DNA of 64,000 bases from a virus: IMG/VR virus record IMGVR_UViG_2974553163_000001. One strand, 5' to 3'. The position numbers and the translations under genes are program-made. Positions 27,121 through 37,092 of this stretch are shown in pieces (positions within the stretch are counted from its first letter, which is position 1; every line of letters begins with the position of its first letter). The notes beneath the pieces are model-generated. The model did not search any database. It was given only the letters and a program-made list of their open reading frames with translations, and was not told where the DNA came from.

Positions 27121-28125
27121 ATGTTAGGATCATACACGTATAACAAAATTCTTAGAAAGTGTGTCATTGGATTTGGTACACTCTTTAATAATATAGAATG
27201 TAGGAAAGAAAATAAAGACGGGTCAGTATATAGTAGGATGAAAGTACCACTAGCGTACGGTCCTAGACAAAAATTCTTAGCAAGATTAGAACAACAGGCA
27301 GATCTTAACCAGAAGGTTGCGATCACAGTTCCCCGTTTATCTTTTGAGATGACAGGGATATCATATGATAGTGCTAGAAAACTTGCACCAACAACACTAA
27401 CACTCAAAGCAAACACAGCAAATGCAGTTAAGAAACAATTTACACCTGTCCCTTATAACATTGACTTTGAGCTTAATGTTATATCAAAAACAAATGACGA
27501 AGCATTAGAAATATTAGAACAGATAGTTCCTATCTTCCAACCTTCATATCAAATGACTATTAAGTTGGTTGATGAGATGCAAGACTTTAGAGACATTCCT
27601 ATCATATTGAATAGTATCAATTATAGTGATGACTATGAAGGATCTTTTGATGATAAGAAGATTACTTTGATTACGATGAACTTCACAGTCAAAGCATACA
27701 TCTTCGGACCTGTAGGAACTCAAGCACCAATCAAGAAAGCAAAGGCAGACATATACACAGATATGAAAGACGTTGCTACTACAAGACAGGTTGCTTATCA
27801 AGTACAACCAAAAGCACTTACAGATCAAAACCAAGATGGAACTACAGAATTGTCAGGAGCAATTACTGCAAGGAATCTTACTATCGAAGTTCTTGATTAC
27901 ACCAACATACCAACACAATCTTATATTGAAATTGGTAATGAGGTGATGTATGTAAAAGGTAAAGTTACTCCAAACAAATTGCAAGTTCGTAGAGCACAGA
28001 ATGGAACTACAGCTGCATCAGCAACTTCGGGTACACCTATTGATCTTATAGATGCAACAGATGATGCACTACTAACAGGTGGTGACGACTTTGGATTTAG
28101 CGAGACGGTATCTTATTATGAGTAA
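27121..28125 (+). CDS. g15: Tail terminator / sheath stabiliser gp15
   Basis: IGFGTLFNNI, KVPLAYGPRQKF, PRLSFEMTG and PVPYNIDFEL motifs. Confidence 0.92.
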   Translation: MLGSYTYNKILRKCVIGFGTLFNNIECRKENKDGSVYSRMKVPLAYGPRQKFLARLEQQADLNQKVAITVPRLSFEMTGISYDSARKLAPTTLTLKANTANAVKKQFTPVPYNIDFELNVISKTNDEALEILEQIVPIFQPSYQMTIKLVDEMQDFRDIPIILNSINYSDDYEGSFDDKKITLITMNFTVKAYIFGPVGTQAPIKKAKADIYTDMKDVATTRQVAYQVQPKALTDQNQDGTTELSGAITARNLTIEVLDYTNIPTQSYIEIGNEVMYVKGKVTPNKLQVRRAQNGTTAASATSGTPIDLIDATDDALLTGGDDFGFSETVSYYE

Positions 28126-28528
28126 CTTAGAAGAAAATTGGTTTGATGATGCAAGTAATGCTGCAGAAACAGAAGTCGTGCCTGAGAAAAACAAACTTCA
28201 TCTAAAGAAAACAGGTGATGATGTTGATAAAGACTACGAATACACTAGAGGTAATTTGTATTCTTTAATTGATAAAGGACAAGAAGCAGTCAATGGTGCT
28301 CTTGATCTTGCCATGTCATCTGACCATCCACGTGCTTATGAAGTTGCAGGACAACTAATTAAAAACGTAGGTGATGTTGCAGACAAACTGATGGCATTAC
28401 AAAAGGACAAAAAATCTATCAAAGAAGAAAGTCCTAAGAGTGTAGTTACTAACAACTCTTTGTTTGTTGGTAGCACTGCTGACCTACAAAAAATGTTAAA
28501 ACAAGCAAGCAAGAAAAAGGATAAATAA
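28118..28528 (+). CDS. g16: Terminase small subunit gp16
   Basis: DYEYTRGNLYSL...HPRAYEVAGQLIKNV...NNSLFVGSTADLQKML. In-frame ATG 28118 overlaps the g15 stop. Confidence 0.9.
   Translation: MSNLEENWFDDASNAAETEVVPEKNKLHLKKTGDDVDKDYEYTRGNLYSLIDKGQEAVNGALDLAMSSDHPRAYEVAGQLIKNVGDVADKLMALQKDKKSIKEESPKSVVTNNSLFVGSTADLQKMLKQASKKKDK
28521..28527 (+). promoter_or_regulatory. Late promoter ATAAATA
   Basis: gATAAATA at the g16 stop, only 5 nt before ATG 28533, so it may serve downstream genes. Confidence 0.45.
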
Positions 28529-28532
28529 GTTT

Positions 28533-28790
28533 ATGGCATACAAAAGACACGACAAAGATAATAACGAAGTCAGTCCTCAACCAGGCAAGACTACGGTAAA
28601 TTATCTCTCAGGCAATGAGGGTTGGAGCACAGTCACATATGAAAATTTCAATGCTGACTATCAAGCTCGTAACGCAGATAGAAGTGCTAGAACACCTGGC
28701 ACATTTCAAGCACGTGACAAAGATAACAATGCAAGAACTCCTGCTGCGTATCAACGTCATGACAAAGACAATAACCCAGTGACAGGATAA
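28533..28790 (+). CDS. Small hypothetical protein with internal HDKDNN repeats
   Basis: 85 aa containing YKRHDKDNN, YQARNADRS, FQARDKDNN and YQRHDKDNN. Confidence 0.7.
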   Translation: MAYKRHDKDNNEVSPQPGKTTVNYLSGNEGWSTVTYENFNADYQARNADRSARTPGTFQARDKDNNARTPAAYQRHDKDNNPVTG

Positions 28791-29683
28791 TGGCAACTCG
28801 CATACCAACTATGTACGGAAGATATTATGTTATCTCTCTTATATGGAGAGGTAGGCAATTTACTTTCACTGCATACAGAGCAACTCTTTCTAAGATGCAA
28901 AGACCACAGGCACAGAAACTGTGTGATAAGATGTATCCTGGTTGTAGAGTTATATCATTCCATGAGTCAGATGCAACTGACGGACCTGTAGTTCTCACAA
29001 CAGAGGAAGCACCTAAAGGTGCAAAGTATGATAGAATGATAAAGCATATAAAGAAATCATATTCTAAGGATGGTAACTTGACAAAGGGTGAGGAAGGTAT
29101 AGCATACGCTACAGCATGGAAGCATAAGAATAAAAAGAAGAACGAAGAATACGATAAGTCAAAGAACTGTGGTTGTGGTAAAGATCCATGTATCACATAT
29201 GGAAAACAGATTGATCCAGATTGTCAGGTTGATGAAGGTAAAAAATTAAAGAAGAAAGAAAAGTCAGTTCAACATGCAACTGATGTTCCTAACTTTCCAC
29301 AAGATCAAGTAAGCGAATCTAAGTGTGGTAAGGGAGAGTACTTCTGTAATGATGAGCAGAAATGCAAACCAATACCAAAAGGTTATCATGTAATGCCAGA
29401 TGGTATGTTAATGAAAGGTAAAAAGCATAGTGTTAGTGAAGAAGCATGGCAAAGAAAGGAAGGTAAAAATAAATCTGGTGGTTTAAATGAGAAAGGGAGA
29501 AAGTCTTATGAGAGAGCAAATCCTGGTTCTGACTTAAAAGCACCAAGCAAGAAGAAAGGTAATAAGCGAAGAGCAAGTTTCTGTGCTAGAATGAAAGGTA
29601 TGAAGAAGAAGTTGACAAGTGCGAAGACTGCTAGGGATCCCGACAGTCGTATAAACAAGTCACTTCGTGCTTGGAACTGTTAA
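28790..29683 (+). CDS. Basic modular hypothetical protein, possible internal head protein (C-terminal DUF6321-like region)
   Basis: K-rich modules separated by EE/xE motifs. C-terminal AWQRKEGK...GGLNEKGR...RRASFCARMKG...SRINKSLRAWNC is recognised as a recurrent marine-phage domain. Confidence 0.65.
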   Translation: MATRIPTMYGRYYVISLIWRGRQFTFTAYRATLSKMQRPQAQKLCDKMYPGCRVISFHESDATDGPVVLTTEEAPKGAKYDRMIKHIKKSYSKDGNLTKGEEGIAYATAWKHKNKKKNEEYDKSKNCGCGKDPCITYGKQIDPDCQVDEGKKLKKKEKSVQHATDVPNFPQDQVSESKCGKGEYFCNDEQKCKPIPKGYHVMPDGMLMKGKKHSVSEEAWQRKEGKNKSGGLNEKGRKSYERANPGSDLKAPSKKKGNKRRASFCARMKGMKKKLTSAKTARDPDSRINKSLRAWNC

Positions 29684-29699
29684 TTATAGGAGACTAAAT

Positions 29700-29855
29700 A
29701 TGTCTAGAGTTCAAGAATTGCAAGCAGAACTTAGAGTTCTGGAAGCATTCAATGACACAACTCGTGCAACTATTCTACGCTCTATGCTAGAATACGAAAT
29801 CAAAGCAGAGGAGAAGTCTCATGTCAATGGTATCGGAAGATCTTCTAGATCTTGA
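29700..29855 (+). CDS. Small hypothetical protein
   Basis: 51 aa from ATG 29700, preceded by AGGAG. Confidence 0.55.
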   Translation: MSRVQELQAELRVLEAFNDTTRATILRSMLEYEIKAEEKSHVNGIGRSSRS

Positions 29856-29988
29856 TTGGAAAGATTACGAAGGTGTGATAGGACAAGATCCTATTTCACA
29901 TAAGTACGAAGTGCAATTAAATAGACGACTGCACTGGTTTGATACGAGAGAAGAAGCTGAGCATTACTTGAAGATGAATAAAGTATGA
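29821..29988 (+). CDS. Small hypothetical protein (not in the ORF track)
   Basis: Manual translation MSMVSEDLLDLDWKDYEGVIGQDPISHKYEVQLNRRLHWFDTREEAEHYLKMNKV (55 aa). Fills the gap and ends with an ATGA overlap onto g17. Confidence 0.6.
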   Translation: MSMVSEDLLDLDWKDYEGVIGQDPISHKYEVQLNRRLHWFDTREEAEHYLKMNKV

Positions 29989-31667
29989 GTCAAGACTTTT
30001 ATTTGGGCAACCCTAACCTTAAGAAGGTAGGGACTGAGATACAATTTACTAAACATCAAATACAGGAATACCTCAAATGTAAAGAGGATCCTGTATATTT
30101 TGCTATGAACTATATTAAGATCATCTCTTTGGATGAGGGTATAGTTCCATTTAAGATGTGGGATTTTCAGCAAGAACTTATAGAATCATTTCACGAACAT
30201 AGATTTAATATAGCAAAACTACCTCGACAGACTGGTAAGTCTACTACCTGTGTATCATACCTTTTACACTATATACTTTTTAATGACAATGTAAATGTTG
30301 GCATTCTAGCGAACAAACTGTCTACTGCAAGGGATTTGCTTAGTAGACTCCAACTGGCATATGAACAACTTCCCCTCTGGATACAACAAGGAATCGTCGT
30401 ATACAATAAAGGATCCATGGAATTGGAAAACGGATCCAAAATTCTCGCTGCTTCTACTTCAGCAAGTGCTGTCAGGGGTATGTCGTTTAATATCATATTC
30501 CTCGATGAGTTTGCTTTCATACCCAATCATATTGCGGAGCAGTTCTTTTCCTCTGTTTATCCTACTATTACATCTGGTACATCAACCAAAGTTATCATCA
30601 TATCGACCCCCAACGGAATGAACCACTTCTACAAGTTGTGGGTAGATGCACAGAAAGGTAGAAATGGATATGCTTGGAATGAGGTACACTGGTCAAAAGT
30701 ACCTGGCAGAGATGCAAAGTGGAAAGAACAAACTATTGCTAACACATCTGAAAGGCAGTTCACTCAAGAGTTTGATTGTGAGTTCCTTGGATCTGTTGAT
30801 ACATTAATTACTGCATCTAAACTTAGAGTCCTAACATATGATGATGTTATGACAACTAATGGATCTCTTGACATATATGAAAAACCCATAGACAAACATG
30901 AGTATATTATTACTGTTGACGTATCCCGTGGTCTTGCACAAGATTACTCTGCGTTTGTAGTTATTGATATTACTCATGCACCGTGGAGACTTGTAGCAAA
31001 GTACAGAGATAAAGATGTAAGACCAATGCTATTCCCTAATATTATTTTTAATGTAGCAACCAACTATAATAAAGCATACGTTCTAACTGAAGTAAATGAT
31101 ATAGGAGAAGCAGTCGCGGGAAGTTTATTTTATGATTTGGAATATGAAAATACTCTTATGTGTGCTATGCGTGGTAGAGCAGGGCAAATAGTCGGACAGG
31201 GATTCTCAGGTAATAAAACACAGATGGGTGTAAAAATGAGCAAGACTGTCAAAGCACAAGGATGCTCTAACCTCAAGACACTGATAGAAGATGATAAGTT
31301 ACTTGTTAAGGATTACAACATTGTATCAGAACTGACTACCTTCATACAAAACAAACAATCATTTGAAGCAGATGAGGGGTATAATGATGACCTTGTAATG
31401 TGTTTAGTCATCTTTGCATGGTTAGCACAGCAAGAATATTTCAAGGAAATGACTGATCAGGACATCAGAAGGAGGATATATGAAGAACAAAAGAATGCTA
31501 TTGAACAAGACATGGCACCTTTTGGTTTTATAGACGATGGACTAGAAGATACTACCATAATAGATGACACTGGTAACATCTGGACTGTTGATATGAATGA
31601 GAAAGATCCAGATAAATGGAAGATAGATGAGTATGGAGACAGGTCATTCATGTGGGACTATCGCTAA
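29985..31667 (+). CDS. g17: Terminase large subunit gp17
   Basis: YLGNPNLKK, Walker A PRQTGKST, Walker B IIFLDEFAF and nuclease DDLVM motifs. Confidence 0.97.
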   Translation: MSQDFYLGNPNLKKVGTEIQFTKHQIQEYLKCKEDPVYFAMNYIKIISLDEGIVPFKMWDFQQELIESFHEHRFNIAKLPRQTGKSTTCVSYLLHYILFNDNVNVGILANKLSTARDLLSRLQLAYEQLPLWIQQGIVVYNKGSMELENGSKILAASTSASAVRGMSFNIIFLDEFAFIPNHIAEQFFSSVYPTITSGTSTKVIIISTPNGMNHFYKLWVDAQKGRNGYAWNEVHWSKVPGRDAKWKEQTIANTSERQFTQEFDCEFLGSVDTLITASKLRVLTYDDVMTTNGSLDIYEKPIDKHEYIITVDVSRGLAQDYSAFVVIDITHAPWRLVAKYRDKDVRPMLFPNIIFNVATNYNKAYVLTEVNDIGEAVAGSLFYDLEYENTLMCAMRGRAGQIVGQGFSGNKTQMGVKMSKTVKAQGCSNLKTLIEDDKLLVKDYNIVSELTTFIQNKQSFEADEGYNDDLVMCLVIFAWLAQQEYFKEMTDQDIRRRIYEEQKNAIEQDMAPFGFIDDGLEDTTIIDDTGNIWTVDMNEKDPDKWKIDEYGDRSFMWDYR

Positions 31668-31680
31668 AACACGAGTTTTT

Positions 31681-31687
31681 CTAAATA
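31681..31687 (+). promoter_or_regulatory. Late promoter variant CTAAATA
   Basis: Intergenic, upstream of g18, followed by AGGAG RBS. Confidence 0.65.
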
Positions 31688-31727
31688 ATATTAGACAAAA
31701 ATTGTTATTACATCAGGAGTAAAATAC

Positions 31728-33737
31728 ATGGCTAGCACGCTTCTATCGCCAGGAGTCGAGATCCAAGAGAGAGATCTGACTATCGGGTCGATTGAGACGG
31801 TTGAAGTAAACGTAGGAGCAATAGCGGGTGCCTTCTCAAAAGGACCTGTTCTTAAACCAGTTCGTATAGCATCCGAATCTCAACTAATTGAACAATTCGG
31901 AGAACCATCCGACGGTAACGCAACTACTTGGTGGACTGCAGCAAGTTTTCTACAGTACGGTGGAGTCCTAGATGTTGTTCGTGTTTCAACAAGTGGGCAA
32001 TTAACTGCATCAGACGATAACGTAACATCTCCATATACTCTTTCTATTCCAACAATAGAAGTATATGAATCAACTTATGCTACTGCAACAGCGAACCCAT
32101 GGAAATGGGCAGCAAGAAATCCTGGTGTTGAAGCAAACGCAATCAAAGTTTCAATCATTGATAAAGGTGCTGACGTAACCTTAACTCTAGATGGTGCTCT
32201 CTCAACTGTTACTGTTGGAACAGCAGTTGCAACAGCAACCGCTTCACCTAACGGATCTAAATCTGGTTTCATCTACGCATGGGATGCGACAACAAATAAA
32301 GTTTCTCTAATTACTTCTGATACATGGGTTGCTACTGACATCATCGAAAACGGTGTTAGTGACGTTACTGTTACTGCAAAGTCTGACTGGTACGATTCAC
32401 AAACTGCATTCACAGGTGTAAGTTGGAATTCAATCGCTCCTAGACCTGGCACTTCACCTTACGTTGCAGAACGTGGTGGTGCTAATGATGAAATGCACGT
32501 TGTAGTATATGACTCAACAGGAGTTATTACTGGAAAACCAAATACTCTACTTGAGAAATTTACATTTGTTTCTAAAGCAAACAATGCTAAGACATCATCA
32601 GGTGCAGTAAATTACTATCCTACTGTTGTACAAGATAAGTCACAGTATGTGTATTGGGGTTCACACGAGAACGATGCATATGATGTAAGTGGTAACGCTG
32701 CAATTACTTCTGCTGCTAACTTCGGTGGAACAAACAATGCAGGAAATCCAAGTACAACTACATTCGATCTATTCTCCTCAGACGCTGCTAACAGAAGTTA
32801 TACTTTTGTAAAAGGTTCTGAGAGTTTATCCGCAACATCAGGTGAGATCATAACTGGTCTTAATGAGTTCGCAGATACTGAGACATTAGACATCGACTAT
32901 CTACTCATGGGTCCTGGCGATGCATCAAGTAAAACAAACACACAAGCAATCGCTGCTAAAGTTCTTTCAGTATGTTCTAGCAGAAAAGATGCTGTTGGTT
33001 TCCTCTCCCCTTACTATGGAGACGTTGTTGGAGTTACAAGTTCCGCAACACAAACACAAAATGTAGTAGACTTCTACGACACAATGCAAGCAACATCATT
33101 CGGTGTGTTTGATAATGGTTGGAAGTATATCTACGACAGATTTGCTGACAAGTATCGTTACGTTCCTCTTAACGGAGACGTTGCAGGATTATGTGCAAGT
33201 GTAACTGCAAACGGTACTCCATGGTTCTCTCCCGCAGGATTGAATCGTGGTGCAATCAGAGGTGCTGTAAAACTAGCATTCTCACCAACTAAATCCGAAA
33301 GAGATACATTGTATCAAAGAAGGATCAATCCTGTAACCAGTTTGCCTGGTCAAGGAATTGTTCTTTTCGGAGACAAAACTGCTCTCGCTTCACCATCTGC
33401 ATTTGATCGCATCAATGTCAGACGTCTTTTCAATGTGATAGAGAAGACTATCGGCAACGCTGCGAAGGGAGTCCTTTTTGAACTTAATGATGAGTTCACA
33501 CGTAACAACTTTAAGAATGTTGTTGAACCATTCCTTAGAGGCATTCAAGCTGAAAGAGGAATTACAGATTTCTTAGTTGTGTGTGATAGCACTAATAATA
33601 CTGGTGCGGTCATCGACGCGAATGAGTTTAAGGCAGATTTCTATATCAAGCCTGCTCGCTCAATCAACTTTATCACACTGACATTCATTGCTACACGTAC
33701 TGGTGTAAGTTTTGAAGAAGTCGTCCCACGCAGATAA
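31728..33737 (+). CDS. g18: Tail sheath protein gp18
   Basis: LSPGVEIQERDLT, WFSPAGLNRG and FDRINVRRLF motifs. Confidence 0.97.
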   Translation: MASTLLSPGVEIQERDLTIGSIETVEVNVGAIAGAFSKGPVLKPVRIASESQLIEQFGEPSDGNATTWWTAASFLQYGGVLDVVRVSTSGQLTASDDNVTSPYTLSIPTIEVYESTYATATANPWKWAARNPGVEANAIKVSIIDKGADVTLTLDGALSTVTVGTAVATATASPNGSKSGFIYAWDATTNKVSLITSDTWVATDIIENGVSDVTVTAKSDWYDSQTAFTGVSWNSIAPRPGTSPYVAERGGANDEMHVVVYDSTGVITGKPNTLLEKFTFVSKANNAKTSSGAVNYYPTVVQDKSQYVYWGSHENDAYDVSGNAAITSAANFGGTNNAGNPSTTTFDLFSSDAANRSYTFVKGSESLSATSGEIITGLNEFADTETLDIDYLLMGPGDASSKTNTQAIAAKVLSVCSSRKDAVGFLSPYYGDVVGVTSSATQTQNVVDFYDTMQATSFGVFDNGWKYIYDRFADKYRYVPLNGDVAGLCASVTANGTPWFSPAGLNRGAIRGAVKLAFSPTKSERDTLYQRRINPVTSLPGQGIVLFGDKTALASPSAFDRINVRRLFNVIEKTIGNAAKGVLFELNDEFTRNNFKNVVEPFLRGIQAERGITDFLVVCDSTNNTGAVIDANEFKADFYIKPARSINFITLTFIATRTGVSFEEVVPRR

Positions 33738-33756
33738 CTAACGGAGCACACTAACA

Positions 33757-34371
33757 ATGGCAGCTAAAGGATTAGGTTTACTAACTTTCCAATCGGCAAT
33801 TAAGGGCGGGGTTCGCCCTAACCTGTTCTCAGTAGAACATGGATTCCCAAGTGGAGTAGCAGAACCAAACATTGACGGAACTGGAAAACCAGAAGAGTCA
33901 GTAACATATATGTGTAAAGCAGCAGCACTTCCTGCAACTAGTGTAGGTACTGTTGAATTACCATTCAGAGGTCGTGTACTTAAAGTACCTGGCGACAGAA
34001 CTTATGAAACATGGACTGGAACATTCTATATGGATGACGCATTCGAGTTACGTGCAGCATATGAAAAATGGATCGAACTAACAAACGGTGTAGGTGCAAA
34101 CATTGCAACTGCAGGAATTAGTAGTGATGCTGATGGTATTCTTAAGAATATTAAAGTTGATCAACTAAGTAAGTTTGATGGAGACGGACAGAACCTTAAG
34201 GTAATTCGTCAGTACGAATTATTCTCCGCGTTCCCTGTATCTGTTTCTCAGGTATCAGTTGCATATGACAACAATGATTCATACGAAGAATTCGACGTAG
34301 AATTTGCATATCAATTCCACACATCTAAAGCAATGGATGCGGGTAATAGTTCTAACGATTCTCTCGTTTAG
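33757..34371 (+). CDS. g19: Tail tube protein gp19
   Basis: GGVRPNLF, CKAAALP and PFRGRVLKVPGDRTYETW motifs. Confidence 0.95.
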   Translation: MAAKGLGLLTFQSAIKGGVRPNLFSVEHGFPSGVAEPNIDGTGKPEESVTYMCKAAALPATSVGTVELPFRGRVLKVPGDRTYETWTGTFYMDDAFELRAAYEKWIELTNGVGANIATAGISSDADGILKNIKVDQLSKFDGDGQNLKVIRQYELFSAFPVSVSQVSVAYDNNDSYEEFDVEFAYQFHTSKAMDAGNSSNDSLV

Positions 34372-34379
34372 AAACCCGA

Positions 34380-34386
34380 CTAAATA
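34380..34386 (+). promoter_or_regulatory. Late promoter variant CTAAATA
   Basis: Intergenic between g19 and g20. Confidence 0.65.
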
Positions 34387-34411
34387 ATAAGGATAAGAAA
34401 CCACAAATATT

Positions 34412-36094
34412 ATGGCAGAGTTATTCGGTTTCTCGTTTAAGAAGAAGGAAGGTAAGAGTCGTGCTCCGTCTCCTATCCAACCTTCTTCTGACGATGGAGC
34501 TACTAGTTATATTGCAGGAGGTTACTATGGTCAGTATCTTGATCTAGACGGTAACTTCAAGACTGAGTATGACATGGTGAAAAAGTATCGTGAGATGGCG
34601 ATGCACCCAGAAGTGGATGAAGCTATCGAAGATATTATTCATGAAGCGATAGTTGCTGACCAGAACGATAGTCCTGTACAAGTCAACTTGGATAACCTTG
34701 AGGTGAGTGATAGTGTAAAAACTATGATCCGTGATGAGTTTGATTACATCAAAAACTTATTCGGATTTGATAGTAAAGCACATGAGATGTTTCGTAGATG
34801 GTACATTGATGGACGCATGTATTATCATAAGGTGATTGATTTAGATAATCCTGCTGAGGGTATTAAAGAATTAAGATACGTAGATCCACATAAGATTAAG
34901 AAAGTAAGACAGATAACAAAACCAAAAACTGCAGACGAGTTTATGAAGTATGACTTCGGTAAAGGCGAAGAGTATTTCTTATACAACCCTAAAGGTTTAA
35001 ATAACACTTCCGCAAATAGTGGAATCAGAATTGCAAAAGACGCAATCACATATTGTACATCAGGTTTGATGGATACGAATAGAAATATCGTACTGTCATA
35101 CTTACATAAAGGTATTAAAGTTCTCAATCAGTTACGTATGATCGAGGACTCTCTTGTTATCTACAGAATATCAAGAGCACCAGAAAGAAGAATATTCTAT
35201 ATTGATGTAGGAAACTTACCAAAACAAAAAGCGGAAACATATCTCCGTGAGGTAATGGGTCGCTATAGAAACAAATTAGTATATGATGCTAACACTGGAG
35301 AGATAAGAGACGACAGAAAATACATGTCAATGATGGAAGACTTCTGGTTACCACGTAGAGAAGGTGGCAGAGGAACTGAAATCACTACATTGCCAGGTGG
35401 TCAGAACCTTGGAGAATTGACAGACGTGCAATATTTCCAAACAAAACTTTACAAAGCGTTAAATGTTCCTGCAGGAAGACTAGATTCACAGCAGCAATTT
35501 AACATCGGAAGGTCTGCAGAGATCACAAGAGATGAGTTAAAGTTCACTAAATTTGTAGGAAAACTCCGCAAAAAGTTTAGTGACATATTCAATGACACCC
35601 TCAAGACACAATTAATTCTTAAAAGTGTAATCACCCCAGAAGATTGGGATGAGATGAAGGAGCATATACAATATGACTATCTTTATGACAATCACTTTAC
35701 AGAGCTTAAGAATCTAGAAATGATGACTGAAAAATTAAATGTCATTGCTGCTATGGATCCTTATGTTGGTAAGTACTTCTCTACTGATTACATACGTTCT
35801 GAGATCTTAGGTCAGACAGAGACACAGATGGAAGAATTAGATATCCAGATGAAGGATGATATTGATAGTGGAAGAGTCATAGATCCATTGAGTCAAACAG
35901 AATTGGATCAAGGAATGATAGATGCGGATATAGAAAACATACCGAAGGATCAAGAGATGAAGGATGTACAAATTGCACAGCAAAAAGCAGCAGCAAGAAA
36001 CGGGGAAGCTCCACCAAAAATGAATGGTAAAGAGGATCCTCGTAAGTCTGCAGCACGGACTTCCGCGTCTCAAAACGGGAACGGTAATAAATAA
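34412..36094 (+). CDS. g20: Portal vertex protein gp20
   Basis: IYRISRAPERRIFYIDVGNLPK and EDFWLPRREGGRGTEITTLPGG motifs. Confidence 0.97.
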   Translation: MAELFGFSFKKKEGKSRAPSPIQPSSDDGATSYIAGGYYGQYLDLDGNFKTEYDMVKKYREMAMHPEVDEAIEDIIHEAIVADQNDSPVQVNLDNLEVSDSVKTMIRDEFDYIKNLFGFDSKAHEMFRRWYIDGRMYYHKVIDLDNPAEGIKELRYVDPHKIKKVRQITKPKTADEFMKYDFGKGEEYFLYNPKGLNNTSANSGIRIAKDAITYCTSGLMDTNRNIVLSYLHKGIKVLNQLRMIEDSLVIYRISRAPERRIFYIDVGNLPKQKAETYLREVMGRYRNKLVYDANTGEIRDDRKYMSMMEDFWLPRREGGRGTEITTLPGGQNLGELTDVQYFQTKLYKALNVPAGRLDSQQQFNIGRSAEITRDELKFTKFVGKLRKKFSDIFNDTLKTQLILKSVITPEDWDEMKEHIQYDYLYDNHFTELKNLEMMTEKLNVIAAMDPYVGKYFSTDYIRSEILGQTETQMEELDIQMKDDIDSGRVIDPLSQTELDQGMIDADIENIPKDQEMKDVQIAQQKAAARNGEAPPKMNGKEDPRKSAARTSASQNGNGNK

Positions 36095-36113
36095 AAGTTA
36101 GGAAAGATTAATT

Positions 36114-36410
36114 ATGGCTACACAAGAACGAGAAATCGTAGACTTACTTTGGGATGGTGGACAGGCAGATGCCTTAGACAAACTCAAAGATATGCTGCAA
36201 GTGAAAGCTGCAGCATCAGTTGATGCGAGCAAACTAGACATTGCAAACAAAATGTTTCCGCACGTGCCTGATGAAGGCAATGTGAATTCTAGAGAGACAG
36301 GTCTTCCTCCAGAAGGCGAAGCATCTCCAGAAGAAACAGCGGAAGTCATCAATCGCAATGATGAAGTAAAACCAGAGGAAACCGATGAAACTGATCACGG
36401 AACAAATTGA
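36114..36410 (+). CDS. Small acidic prohead-core-like protein (position of T4 g67/g68)
   Basis: 98-aa acidic ORF between portal and protease. ATAAATA at 36087-36093 upstream. Confidence 0.6.
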   Translation: MATQEREIVDLLWDGGQADALDKLKDMLQVKAAASVDASKLDIANKMFPHVPDEGNVNSRETGLPPEGEASPEETAEVINRNDEVKPEETDETDHGTN

Positions 36411-37032
36411 ACCAGTAGAGATAATTACCGAAGACAAAGACGGTAAGAAATCAACCTACATTAGAGGTGTCTTTTTGCAAACTGAGATCACCAATCGTAA
36501 TGGTCGTATGTACAAGTACGATACTATGGAGCGTGAGGTAAGAAAGTACAACGAGGAATTTGTCAAACGTGGCAGAGCTCTCGGAGAACTTGGACACCCC
36601 GATGGTCCTGCGATTAATCTTGATCGCGTTTCTCATAAGATAATTGAGTTAATCCCAGAAGGTAAAAACTTTATGGGTAAGGCAAAATTATTAGAGACCC
36701 CTATGGGTAAGATCGCACAGAACTTACTTGCAGAGGGTGTGCAACTAGGTGTGTCATCTCGTGGACTTGGTTCTATTAAGAAAGAAGGCACCACATCAAT
36801 CGTTGCTGACGACTTTACTCTATCCACTGCTGCTGACATAGTAGCAGATCCTTCCGCACCTGATGCATTCGTTGAAGGTATCTACGAAGGAAAGGAATGG
36901 TGTTTAGTTGATGGTAAGATCAAAGAGGCACAATTGGAGGCAGTCAAGGAAGCTCTTGACACCGCACCTTCAAGTCAAGAATTAGCAGAGAGAAAGATTG
37001 CCGCGTTCAATTCTCTGTTAAGAAGTTTATGA
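36385..37032 (+). CDS. g21: Prohead core protease gp21
   Basis: MKLITE start, NRNGRMY, ALGELGHP, GVSSRGLGS and ADIVADPSAPDAFV motifs. Confidence 0.96.
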   Translation: MKLITEQIEPVEIITEDKDGKKSTYIRGVFLQTEITNRNGRMYKYDTMEREVRKYNEEFVKRGRALGELGHPDGPAINLDRVSHKIIELIPEGKNFMGKAKLLETPMGKIAQNLLAEGVQLGVSSRGLGSIKKEGTTSIVADDFTLSTAADIVADPSAPDAFVEGIYEGKEWCLVDGKIKEAQLEAVKEALDTAPSSQELAERKIAAFNSLLRSL

Positions 37033-37034
37033 TT

Positions 37035-37042
37035 TATAAATA
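37035..37042 (+). promoter_or_regulatory. T4-type late promoter
   Basis: Exact TATAAATA upstream of g22. Confidence 0.75.
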
Positions 37043-37092
37043 ATATTATTAAATCTTAACGCAATCTAATTTTATCCGTAAGGAGTACGTAA

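Noticed and set aside
28533-28790. CRISPR-like or non-coding repeat array
   Set aside because: The repeats are short, degenerate at third codon positions and in frame, so they are protein repeats.
29694-29700. CTAAATA as the late promoter for the 29700 ORF
   Set aside because: It overlaps the start codon itself, so it cannot serve that gene; it may be chance or serve downstream genes.
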